A stretch of DNA of 63,189 nucleotides, counting the filler, from Globobulimina sp. (Eukaryota): assembly GCA_003354225.1 (NCBI GenBank). It is 26 parts of 26 records of this genome, joined end to end, with 100 filler letters (N's around TTAATTAATTAA, not from the genome) between each part and the next. Parts side by side here need not be neighbours in the genome. Positions count along the whole stretch, not along the records: positions 21,924 to 24,257 come from PIVH01007313.1; positions 24,358 to 26,691 come from PIVH01007314.1; positions 26,792 to 29,125 come from PIVH01007315.1; positions 29,226 to 31,559 come from PIVH01007316.1; positions 31,660 to 33,993 come from PIVH01007317.1; 21 more parts are not named here. One strand, written 5' to 3'. Numbering within the stretch: position 1 is the first letter of the stretch; every line of letters starts with the position of its first letter. The notes beneath the pieces are model-generated. The model saw nothing but the letters and a program-made list of their open reading frames with translations, searched no databases and had not been told where the DNA came from. Both the position numbers and the translations under genes were made by a program. Of the stretch, positions 22,241-32,100 are shown piece after piece.

Positions 22241-24217
22241 TTAAACGATTGAACTATCATATTGTTTGATTGTTTGTAATTTATTAATTTTTCTATTTTT
22301 TCTACATAAGCAGATTAATAAACATAATATAATAAACACTGATACTATTGTGTATCCAAATAAGTAGTTGAAATATTTGTGTTTGAAATCATCTTTGATT
22401 TGTAAATATTCATTATTAATATCTTCTAATTCAAATAATCGTCGTCTTGAACAACATCCTAATGATTCGCATACATCTTCTCTTTCATCAGTTGTAGGAC
22501 TTAATGTAGGAGCATCTGTTGTAGGAGCATCTGTTGGTGCTGGTGTAGGAGAAGCAGTTGGAGCCATAGTCAATCCACATAATGTCCATTCATCTACACA
22601 ACCATCTGCCCAATTTAATCTTGCTGGCTCACTATATCCAGCGAAGTTTGAAGTAGATGAACAAGGACCAGTATAAGAACCTGGTGCTACACAATCAATA
22701 CCATTTCCTGTCCAACCATCTGGACAACTTGTTGTGCAATCTGGAGTTGGTGCTTGTGTTGGAGCATCTGTTGGTGCTGGTGTAGTAGTATCTGTTGTAG
22801 GAGCATCTGTTAGAGATGGTGTATAATAAATATTAGCTATTTCAAGTGTCCCTTGATAACAGTGATCATTATATCCATTACAAGCATCATTAAAAATGTT
22901 AGAATGTCCTGATATATCATCACAAATGCCAGATATAGCACAAGATTTATAACTAGTAATATCATAAGGATAGCTTGATAAAGTTACAAGATTATAATTA
23001 TAAAAACTATAACTATCTCCATTTACTGTTATTGTAAAATAACCTGTTGTTATATCATATGTAAGTTTTACAATATATATCTCTTCTGGAATAAATGTAT
23101 AAGCTTCAGATACTAAAGGTTTTAAAGAATATCCACGACTACTTATATCAAATCCTACATCTAATGTATTATCTTCTGTATTAAATTCTATTCTAAATGT
23201 ATCAATACCTACTTTTATTTCAAATTCATTACGATGCGAGTGTAAACTTTCATATAAATTGGTAATTGTTAAAGTAACATCTAAATCAGTTAATGTTGGT
23301 AATTGTAAGCAATGTCCATCATCTGAAAATAATAAAATAGTTTGGGAATTCTCACCATTATCTAAGGTATCTGTTTCAATATTCATTGTTGCTATATTTA
23401 TTTCTTGACCATTATCATTATATGGATATAAATAACATTGACTAATAGTTCTTTCGCATGTTGGATTTGTTGGTTCGCAAAAATCACTCTTATAATATTT
23501 ATCTTGTAATTGTAATTCAGCATAATTACAATTCGCATTATTATTACAATGTTCAGCACATTCTGTTTGTGTCATGTATGGTAACTGTTCAGTCATAATA
23601 AGATCAATAAAACTACTAAATGTAGAAATATACATATCTTCCATAGCACAATAATTTCTTGCTACAGTTGGTGCTGGTGTTGTTGGGCTTAATGTAGGAG
23701 CTGCTGTAGGAGTAGGTGTAGGACTTAATGTAGGAGCATCCGTTGGAGCAACTATAGGGCATACTGAATGATCGCGACATGCGTAATGTTTTTTATTTTG
23801 ACTAGCTGTCCAAAACCATGTACCATCAGTATGACTTAACCCTCCAACTGGGAAACTTGGGTATGACATTGATGCTCCGTATGGAATTGGTAATTCGCCA
23901 TAAAAACTATTCCAATTTTGATAATCATTTGGTGAATCATCTTCCCATATAAAAACATCAGGACCGATACCATCAGCATAACCGATACCACTAGTCCAAC
24001 CAAAACCACCATTATAACCAGTATAAGTAGCTTCTACAATAAGAGCATATAATTCTGCATTTTCAGCTGCTGAATGAATTGATGCGAATTCATATCCTCG
24101 TGTTTCACAATCTGCTTTCGCATTTAACCAAGTCATTGCTGTCGTATAAACATGAAAACATGTTTGGGAAGAAGTCATTGTTAATAAAGCTGTTGATGAG
24201 ATAATAGTTTTGAACAT
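22241..24217 (-). CDS. Type I membrane protein: C-type lectin + PT repeats + PAN-like + CPW-WPC-like domain
   Basis: Signal peptide; TWLNAKADC..ASIHSAAEN..F.WED..YQNW; APTDAPT repeats; CAEHC..C; CPDGW..CVAP.SYTGPC..W..C..W..C; C-terminal TM with basic tail. Confidence 0.85.
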   Translation of the reverse strand: MFKTIISSTALLTMTSSQTCFHVYTTAMTWLNAKADCETRGYEFASIHSAAENAELYALIVEATYTGYNGGFGWTSGIGYADGIGPDVFIWEDDSPNDYQNWNSFYGELPIPYGASMSYPSFPVGGLSHTDGTWFWTASQNKKHYACRDHSVCPIVAPTDAPTLSPTPTPTAAPTLSPTTPAPTVARNYCAMEDMYISTFSSFIDLIMTEQLPYMTQTECAEHCNNNANCNYAELQLQDKYYKSDFCEPTNPTCERTISQCYLYPYNDNGQEINIATMNIETDTLDNGENSQTILLFSDDGHCLQLPTLTDLDVTLTITNLYESLHSHRNEFEIKVGIDTFRIEFNTEDNTLDVGFDISSRGYSLKPLVSEAYTFIPEEIYIVKLTYDITTGYFTITVNGDSYSFYNYNLVTLSSYPYDITSYKSCAISGICDDISGHSNIFNDACNGYNDHCYQGTLEIANIYYTPSLTDAPTTDTTTPAPTDAPTQAPTPDCTTSCPDGWTGNGIDCVAPGSYTGPCSSTSNFAGYSEPARLNWADGCVDEWTLCGLTMAPTASPTPAPTDAPTTDAPTLSPTTDEREDVCESLGCCSRRRLFELEDINNEYLQIKDDFKHKYFNYLFGYTIVSVFIILCLLICLCRKNRKINKLQTIKQYDSSIV

Positions 24218-24249
24218 TGTTAATTATTTTTATATTATAAAATAAATAA

Positions 24250-24257
24250 TCAATTTT
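24250..24257 (-). promoter_or_regulatory. AAAATTGA Mimiviridae early-promoter octamer
   Basis: Exact motif 32 nt upstream of the ATG at 24217, in an AT-only context. Confidence 0.65.
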
Positions 24258-24357
24258 NNNNNNNNNNNNNNNNNNNNNNNNNNNNNNNNNNNNNNNNNNN
24301 NTTAATTAATTAANNNNNNNNNNNNNNNNNNNNNNNNNNNNNNNNNNNNNNNNNNNN

Positions 24358-24738
24358 GTCTGCTCGATTGTGGCTAAGAAAACTGCCTGTTTTTACAGGA
24401 AAGATTTACAGGAATTAATAAGACGAATGTGTACATTATGCAACGTCTATTGTTACTATATGTGGATAAATTGGATATCCACTCATGATAATCCCAGAGC
24501 GGATGGCCTATCCAGAGGCAAATTAAACGCATTGGATACATGTAATAAAACTTGGAAACTAAAGAATCATTCACGGAAAGCAAATGAAATAGCAAATGAA
24601 GGGATGATAATATACAAAGAAGCAAGGAAACGAATGGAAACTAAGGAGAAAACAACAGAGAAAACAAAATGTAAATGCAAGAATGAAAGATTATGTAACC
24701 AACAGCCATTGTATACAAAATGGCAGATATCGAGATAA
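24358..24738 (+). CDS. RT-associated RNase H C-terminus (DIRS-type), 5'-partial
   Basis: WINWISTHDNPRADGLSRG matches the [WH][IV]x..N..AD.LSR motif. Confidence 0.8.
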   Translation, partial: VCSIVAKKTACFYRKDLQELIRRMCTLCNVYCYYMWINWISTHDNPRADGLSRGKLNALDTCNKTWKLKNHSRKANEIANEGMIIYKEARKRMETKEKTTEKTKCKCKNERLCNQQPLYTKWQISR

Positions 24739-24920
24739 CTCCTTCCTTTATTTTCAATTTTTTTCTTTTCAATTATTTAACAATAAACCACCAATTAATC
24801 AATAAAACTATAAAAATTCAATAAAATATCTGTGGAAACTGCCGTTCCACAGAACCAAAAAAACGTTTTTTCCTCTAAGCTTCTACAAAAACTTTACTAA
24901 ACAACAAAATAAACTTTCAG

Positions 24921-26009
24921 GGTTTCGCAACAAAGTCCTTCAAACCCAGAATAATATCAACAGCAGAATATAAACAACAGCGACAATTTAATTGGAAATT
25001 TCGCCACGCTGAGAACACCAACGACCAATATACGTCGATAGAAAAGTATTGGCGAATATACGCAAAGATGCATAGGAAGCCAATCGACCTATTCACAGAG
25101 CACAACATCATTAATTACATGATTTGGAACAAATTATGTAAAGAAAAATTTGGATGGAGAGCAATTCATTCGCACCAATATGGACTGCGGGACATTGCCT
25201 TAAAATATGGAAAGATAATATATGTTGAAAAGAAAAGCATGCCGAACCTCCATAATTATAAGGTATCGGAAAGAAGGCTAAAGCCAGGAAAGGGAGGCTC
25301 GAAAGCCATCGATGACGATATGATAAAGCTTTGGGTGAAGGAGATACAAAGCGATCAGTCATTGACAACGATAACGAAACTATCATGGATAGGAATAATA
25401 TATATCGGATTTACAGAGATAAAACGAATTAGTGAGTACACAATTGATATCAATATGGACGACAACATAACATACAAAGCATTACAATTTGAGCACCCAT
25501 TAAACTCAGAAAAATTAAAACAATCAACATACATAATTTGGACGCGAGAAAAGGGAAAAACCCACCAATTCGCGACAAGAAACAACACATTACAATCAGC
25601 CATAATTTGTCAATGTAAAGGGAACTATAAAATATGTACAAAGTGTCTATTAATAAAATTAACAGCAATGAGAATGGAAAGAAGTAAAATGGAAAACAAG
25701 CAATTGAATGAGAATGATTATATTTTTACAGCATTAAACGCAAAAAAAGAAGAAGTCCCAATCAATAAATACATGGTAGGACTTAAAATAAAGGATTTAT
25801 GTACAAAAACAGGATTTGATCCAGATTTATTTACATCGCATGGACTTAGGAAGGGCGGTACACAAAAAGCCATAGAGCGAGGAGTACCACTACCACAGAT
25901 ACAAAAACAGGCGGATTGGAATGGCCCATCAATGATATTTAAATACAACAACAATGTAACAATCAAAAACCAAATAAAAGTATTGAAAAAGACATATAAC
26001 AAGGAGTGA
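24921..26009 (+). CDS. Tyrosine recombinase (YR)
   Basis: Catalytic set R (KRISEY), K (GKTHQ), HxxR (SHGLRKGG), W (QADW), Y (MIFKY). Frame is open from 24879 and includes AENTNDQY..YW upstream of the first ATG (25068). Confidence 0.92.
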   Translation, partial: GFATKSFKPRIISTAEYKQQRQFNWKFRHAENTNDQYTSIEKYWRIYAKMHRKPIDLFTEHNIINYMIWNKLCKEKFGWRAIHSHQYGLRDIALKYGKIIYVEKKSMPNLHNYKVSERRLKPGKGGSKAIDDDMIKLWVKEIQSDQSLTTITKLSWIGIIYIGFTEIKRISEYTIDINMDDNITYKALQFEHPLNSEKLKQSTYIIWTREKGKTHQFATRNNTLQSAIICQCKGNYKICTKCLLIKLTAMRMERSKMENKQLNENDYIFTALNAKKEEVPINKYMVGLKIKDLCTKTGFDPDLFTSHGLRKGGTQKAIERGVPLPQIQKQADWNGPSMIFKYNNNVTIKNQIKVLKKTYNKE

Positions 26010-26120
26010 ATTCTTGAAATAAAATCGCAAATCACTTTTATTTAAATTGCAGAAAAACAAACACAGACACAACCAAAGAAGAGAACGAATGGTAAATAGG
26101 CAAAATACTAGGTAACGATT

Positions 26121-26215
26121 GGTATATGAAGTGTTTCTGGCTCCCTATAAGTCCGTAAATAGCCACAAACACCGAGTAAGCCTGCCTAGTTACAACCATT
26201 CGTTCTAACAATATA
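26121..26215 (+). repeat. Split direct repeat B1 (95 bp)
   Basis: Identical to 26478-26572. Confidence 0.95.
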
Positions 26216-26477
26216 TATAGGAATCATCGGGTATAATTCGGAGTTATATGTGCAACAAATATAACTCCAGTTATATAGATGATATACTCCGATAACAAAT
26301 ATAATCCATAATCCATAATCTTGCGAATTATGATTGACGTCATATATCGGCGAATTGAAGAATAATAATACAACGCCTTTTCGTAATAAATTTTTTTTTT
26401 ATATATATGCATATAACAACAACAAAACCCTCATATTAAACTTGACACCTTCGGGTAGTCTGACTAGTGTAGGAAGA

Positions 26478-26572
26478 GGTATATGAAGTGTTTCTGGCTC
26501 CCTATAAGTCCGTAAATAGCCACAAACACCGAGTAAGCCTGCCTAGTTACAACCATTCGTTCTAACAATATA
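26478..26572 (+). repeat. Split direct repeat B2 (95 bp), probable element 3' terminus
   Basis: Identical to 26121-26215; sequence changes abruptly after ...AACAATATA. Confidence 0.95.
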
Positions 26573-26691
26573 ATCCAATTTATCCACATATAGTAACAAT
26601 AGACGTTGCATAATGTACACATTCGTCTTATTAATTCCTGTAAATCTTTCCTGTAAAAACAGGCAGTTTTCTTAGCCACAATCGAGCAGAC
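26573..26691 (-). repeat. Exact inverted copy of 24358-24476 (RNase H sequence)
   Basis: 119-nt reverse complement at the contig end. Confidence 0.95.
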
Positions 26692-26908
26692 NNNNNNNNN
26701 NNNNNNNNNNNNNNNNNNNNNNNNNNNNNNNNNNNTTAATTAATTAANNNNNNNNNNNNNNNNNNNNNNNNNNNNNNNNNNNNNNNNNNNNAGGGCATCA
26801 CGCCATACTGACAGGTTCCGCGCTATTAATCGCCACAGAAATATGTTCTTTATATCGCTCTGGTTCTTGTATAGTCGGTGTAATGTCTAATACATCATTG
26901 ATTGCAAT

Positions 26909-27343
26909 ATGTCAGCATCAGAATTGCCGTCTGATGACGAGCTGGTTATTCATATTCGTGCTGGCGATGTTATTCGTGGTACGAAGTTTATCCCTTTGAT
27001 CGAAAAAACAATATTAAAATATCCAAATATAAAAAAAATTACGTTTGTAACAGCGTTACATTTCGGAGATCATGTTGATTTAAATAGATTTCTGTATACA
27101 AAATCCAAAGAAACTGATAACAGAAAGTATTTGAGGAACCTGTTTGGTAAAATTATAAAACTATTCCCAACGTTGTTATATAAACTAATTTCCAATAAAA
27201 ATATCGATGTGGACATTGTATATTTATCAAAAGCAAAATACCTGATCAGAGATCAAGGTTCTTTTGATCATGTAATAACAAAACTGAATGACAATATAAT
27301 AATCAACAAGTTCAATGACACACAATTTTTCTCTGGCAAGTGA
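26909..27343 (+). CDS. Fucosyltransferase-like (GT11/GT23-type HxRxGD) protein, possibly 5'-truncated
   Basis: PSDDELVIHIRAGDV..D.D.VYL.KAK.LI..GSF. Confidence 0.5.
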   Translation: MSASELPSDDELVIHIRAGDVIRGTKFIPLIEKTILKYPNIKKITFVTALHFGDHVDLNRFLYTKSKETDNRKYLRNLFGKIIKLFPTLLYKLISNKNIDVDIVYLSKAKYLIRDQGSFDHVITKLNDNIIINKFNDTQFFSGK

Positions 27344-27525
27344 TGAATATGCTGCCATCCATTTATCAGTATATGAATGTGCATCTTGAATCTTGCCACT
27401 AATTGATTTCTTAAAGTTTTGAAGATAAAGTTTTTAAGAATCAGCTGTTTCTGCGCGTTTTCCGCAAAATCGCACATATAAAAACATTGTTTGCTCTAAA
27501 ACTTTAATACTTCTCCCTTCTGTCC

Positions 27526-29125
27526 ATGCGTAGTACAAGTGCCTCTACTTTTGAAAGCGATGACTTATCTAAAAATGCCAGATCTCCTTCCGAGGCTAAT
27601 GATTGTATCAAATCGCCTATAAACAAGATTATTGCCACCAGGTACGCAAAGCATAAATGTCGCTCGATTTGATAATTTGTTATAATTTATGTAATACTGC
27701 ATCATAGTGTTTTGGATATAGCGTTAACGAGTGACAACAATTTAAGCCTTCCATCATCGGCTTATTTGGAAGGTTATCCAAACGCCGCAGTCTGGAATAA
27801 CGCATCTATCGTCGAAAGTGTAGCTCCAGGCTGCAGGTTGGAGCCGCAATCCATCACATTCCTATCCACTGTGCTCAACACTTGCAAAGCATTATTGGGT
27901 GCGGGCATTGTAGCTTTGCCAATGATCTTTGCCGAAGCATCCTTAATTCCTGGCATCATTATTTTCACTCTCGTTGTTATGTTCAGCTCCTGCTCGTTTT
28001 GGCTGATTGGTATGTGACAAAAAGCTATTTTTTTTCTGTTGGTACGTGTGTTTGTGTGCATGCAATAGTTAACCAATTTATTTAGTGAATATTAATTTTA
28101 ATTGACATTATCATCAAATTAACACAAATTAACAGGCTATTTATCTCATAAAACTACTCACAAATCATGGGGTGGAATGTGGAAAGCTATTATAAGTCAC
28201 TCTCGATGTAACCTGCCGCATTGGGTTAAAACCGGTGCTCCAATCGATTTGATGATTATTTTAGCCAACATCTGCAACGGCTGCAGTTACACTCTGATCG
28301 CAACTGCGAATTTAGTCAATGTGATGCAAGATTGGTTTGAATTGGAAATACCTGCGCTCGCCGCAGAGCATTCGAAGGCAATGGCGCAGTCTCAGTGGGA
28401 CATTGAAAATCCAGTATCATATCGTCGACGGCAATACACCACCATTATTCTAACATTATTCTTTCTAATCCCTTTGAATTTTGTTAATTTGCGTAAAGTA
28501 TCTTTTGTTTCTGTATTGGGCATACTTGCCACTGCTTTGTTGGTCGCAGCGGTGGCATTTTGTGGGCCCACATATATGCATATGGATAGTGATAATATTA
28601 CAGATGATAATAGACCAAAGCTATGGAATCCTACACTTCAAACTATTGGCTGTTTTGCTCAATTTAGCATAGCTTGCTGCGCTCATTCGATATCTCCGAA
28701 TTTTTATCAAGCATTGGAAAGTCGCACACCATCCAGATTTGCAAAGACTACGTCATGCGGATATATCGTCATTTTGGCAATGAATTTAATTGTCGGCATC
28801 TGCGGCTATCTCAGATTTGGAAATAATGTGCAAGCCAACATATTGGAGGCATATTCCAGCAGAGGATCTGATTTGTCATTCATAGATGCATTGTTTATCA
28901 ATATTGCCAGAGTTAGGGTTTTTTTTTTATTATTTGCTGATGTACATATTATTATTGATCATGCATTGCTTATTTTTGTTTTGTTTAGATATGCATTTCT
29001 TTGTCGGTATTGGTAAATCATTCATTTCAATCACGAGCGTTTTCCACTGCGATAGGCAATGTCGCACCGCGGTGGCTATTTAGTTACGAATGTTGTATGC
29101 CAATCGATAATGAAGCGCAGATAAT
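27526..29125 (+). CDS. Amino acid transporter (Aa_trans/SLC38 family), multi-exon, 3'-partial
   Basis: TVLNTCKALLGAGIVALP, VSVLG, CCAHSISP.FY, GICGYLRFG..VQANIL; short GT-AG introns. Confidence 0.9.
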
Positions 29126-29225
29126 NNNNNNNNNNNNNNNNNNNNNNNNNNNNNNNNNNNNNNNNNNNNTTAATTAATTAANNNNNNNNNNNNNNNNNNN
29201 NNNNNNNNNNNNNNNNNNNNNNNNN

Positions 29226-30233
29226 CAAAACAATATGTTACGAGCACGATCACCAGTTTCTACAACATCAACATTCTTATTTTTTACATTTCGTAAATTT
29301 TATCCATATTATGGCATAGTGAGCCTTCTATTGGTTATTTTATATTCTTTTTTTATTATAATTGCAACATTTAAACATAAATTTCGTTTGTCGTCATTGT
29401 TATTTGTAGGTAATATTGTTATTGCAATTCAATTATATTATAATTACATCAAAGCATATCAATATACAAAAAAAAAGTACAGTCCAACCGATGCAATATG
29501 TGCTAATGATGCATTACCGGAAGATTCATATGAAACAGCATGCTATCAAAATACCGTTGATACATTGACAGAGGAATTATTAACTATTATGGTAGATTTT
29601 TTTATGATATATTTTATATATCCCCTCGTATTTTATGTATTGAGTTGCTTTATTAAGGTATTTCAATAGAAACCTCTTCAAATATGAAATAGATTTTGAT
29701 TTATTCATATTTGAACAGATTTGTATTGAGTTTTATATTAAACTGATAATTATAAGCGATGTTCGTATGGGTATAAATGTTCTGTGATACAGGGTTATAT
29801 TGAAAGGGTACTATTATATTTTGGTGTTATTGGTGGTTTGATGTCAATTGTTTTATGTTTTGCAGTGTTAATAGTTGTTATCACAAGAACAGAAAATGAT
29901 GAATTTATTGCAAATTGGTTTAAAAATGATGAATTTGAAAGATATTTATGTCTTATTATTGGAGCAACATTATTTACTTCAACATTAAGCGTCTTTTGTT
30001 TGCCACATTGTAGATCGCGATGTAAATTAATGATAAGAGCAAGGAAGATACCAAACTGGAAAGAAACAATATTTGATCATGATGAAGATGAATGTGATAA
30101 TTTTCAACAATATGCAGAAAAAGAATCCGGATCCGTTGACATGGCAGATTTCCCATCAAAAACAATGTATAGTAAACCTCAATCACCATTACTTAACGAA
30201 TGCGACGATAAAAGTCATACGTATGTTGTGTGA
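29226..30233 (+). CDS. Multi-pass membrane protein, 5'-partial, 1 intron
   Basis: Two hydrophobic ORFs separated by a candidate intron at about 29658-29720. Confidence 0.55.
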
Positions 30234-30538
30234 TATTTTCGCCGTAACTGTCCGATCTAAAATGACAGAACATTATTAAAATTCAATGTACTAAAGTTAC
30301 AGTTTTTTTTTTGCCACCATGTCCAACATGCTCCACATACAAACCTTCTCACTCATTGCTTTCAGTTAACGTGATCCTAATCCAAACCTCACTTGTCTAA
30401 CCGCATTAAAATATATCCACATAAACAAAAGTCTCGTTGGTGGCTTCAAATATTATTGTTATTGACCAATATAAACCTAACATCAACGAATACCATTGCG
30501 CTCCAAATCAATCATGTACTATAGTTTAGTATACACAA

Positions 30539-31559
30539 ATGACTCAAACCAGCATCTCAAAAATAATAATTAAGGGCTGTCTATCAAGTCACGCCTGTTC
30601 AGGCACCACTTTGCATTGTCCAGCCAATGGTGCTTGTACAATCATGTGTGATGGAAGAAGCAACACTGCCACAAACACCTGCTTCAACTCCACCATCCAT
30701 GCTGAGCACAGCACCCATTTATCAATCACAATAACCGCACACCAATCCAATGCCGAATCAATGACAATATACACTCCATATACAAACCATAAACAATCGA
30801 TTTTAACCTGCAATTCTGGCGCAAATAACCTAAACCAATGCAAAAACATTGAGCTGATTACAAATGAGGGCTTTAATGATATTAGATTGCGCTGCAATGA
30901 TAGCAGTTATTTATGTTTTATATCTGGATCAATGCGCTGTGCATATGGTGAATGCACAGCATTGCAATATAAAAACACACAAATTGGCTACCAATGTTTA
31001 CATAATTTCAGCTGTGTAACAGCAGCAAGCACAATAACTCCCATATCGACTTCAATGGGGAGCCAAAATGGTATGTTTTATATTTTATTTTGAAAACGCT
31101 TTGTAAACCTACTATAAATGCGCAAATTGCACTGTTTTTGCTCAGTATTACCGCATGAAATGTATGTAATAAGCACACCAAAAGAGAAGGATATTCATTC
31201 ATTGGTGTTAGTGGTTGTAGGCACAATCACTATTTGTTGTGTTGTATTGATATTTCTTGCAATGTGTGGCGTATTTTATGTACGTTTTAATCGCGAGAAT
31301 GTGGAAAAAATATTACTTAAACGATATATATCGGGGAGAGGTACTTCAAATCTTCGGTTCAAAGCTTCCGACGTTGTGGATAGCAATGAAACGAGCAATG
31401 AAACGAGCAATGAAACTAGCAATGCGAGTAATAATTATAGTGCAAATAGCAGTGAGTTAGGATTGTCATTGTCAAACACGTTGAATCTCGAAAGTAAAGC
31501 AAAGTATATGGACGATATAGATATAAATATCGATAGTCATAATCCGTTATTTCTTAACC
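30539..31559 (+). CDS. Cys-rich cell-surface protein with a TM segment, partial
   Basis: C..AC..CP..C.I.C repeats; TM segment; SNET tandem repeats. Confidence 0.6.
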
Positions 31560-31659
31560 NNNNNNNNNNNNNNNNNNNNNNNNNNNNNNNNNNNNNNNNN
31601 NNNTTAATTAATTAANNNNNNNNNNNNNNNNNNNNNNNNNNNNNNNNNNNNNNNNNNNN

Positions 31660-32100
31660 TTTACTCCATTGAGCTGAACCAGTAGTTTTGTTCACAGAAG
31701 TTACAGTGTTGTCTGATGAATTGAATTCAAAGCATATCAACACACAGTTTGACTTTATGTATCCAACCATATTATCTAATCTTTCCAATGAACACCTCCA
31801 GTCATTGTTAGTTTTGAATACCATTGGAATGCCAGAATAATAACAGCGATAATTTTGCTTTTGTAGCATATCCACAATATCATCAAAACTTAAATCAAAT
31901 AACGTACGACTGCCAATTGTACAGAGTTTCAATTTGGAATTACCTTTAGCATTTCCTTTTAAGGAGATTAAATATCCTCGCAACGTATCTTTGTACTTCA
32001 TTGTTTTTAATGTATGACACTCTTTGCAAATATTTTTCTTGCTTTGGTAAAACTTATCCACTGACTGCCATTGTTCGCAAACGCGGCAATAATATTCTTG
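31660..32100 (-). CDS. Zinc finger + HNH-like endonuclease, 3'-partial
   Basis: CRVC..CKEC; Q.YRCYYSGIPM..WRCSLERLDN..GY..NCVLICFEFN..GSAQWSK. Confidence 0.8.

Larger units (their letters stand above)
24358..26572 (+). mobile_element. 3' half of a tyrosine-recombinase retrotransposon with split direct repeats (PAT/Ngaro-like)
   Basis: RNase H C-terminus, then YR ORF, then B1-spacer-B2 terminal arrangement. Confidence 0.88.

Noticed and set aside
26440-26572. Hairpin, hammerhead, twister or HDV ribozyme at B2
   Set aside because: AGUC and GUAUAU motifs are present, but the partner loops (AGAA, AGAAACA) and the CUGANGA/GAAA core are not in place.
24358-26691. 119-bp terminal inverted repeats of a DNA transposon or DIRS1 ITRs
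   Set aside because: The repeat is RNase H coding sequence at both contig ends, with a length typical of an assembler k-mer.
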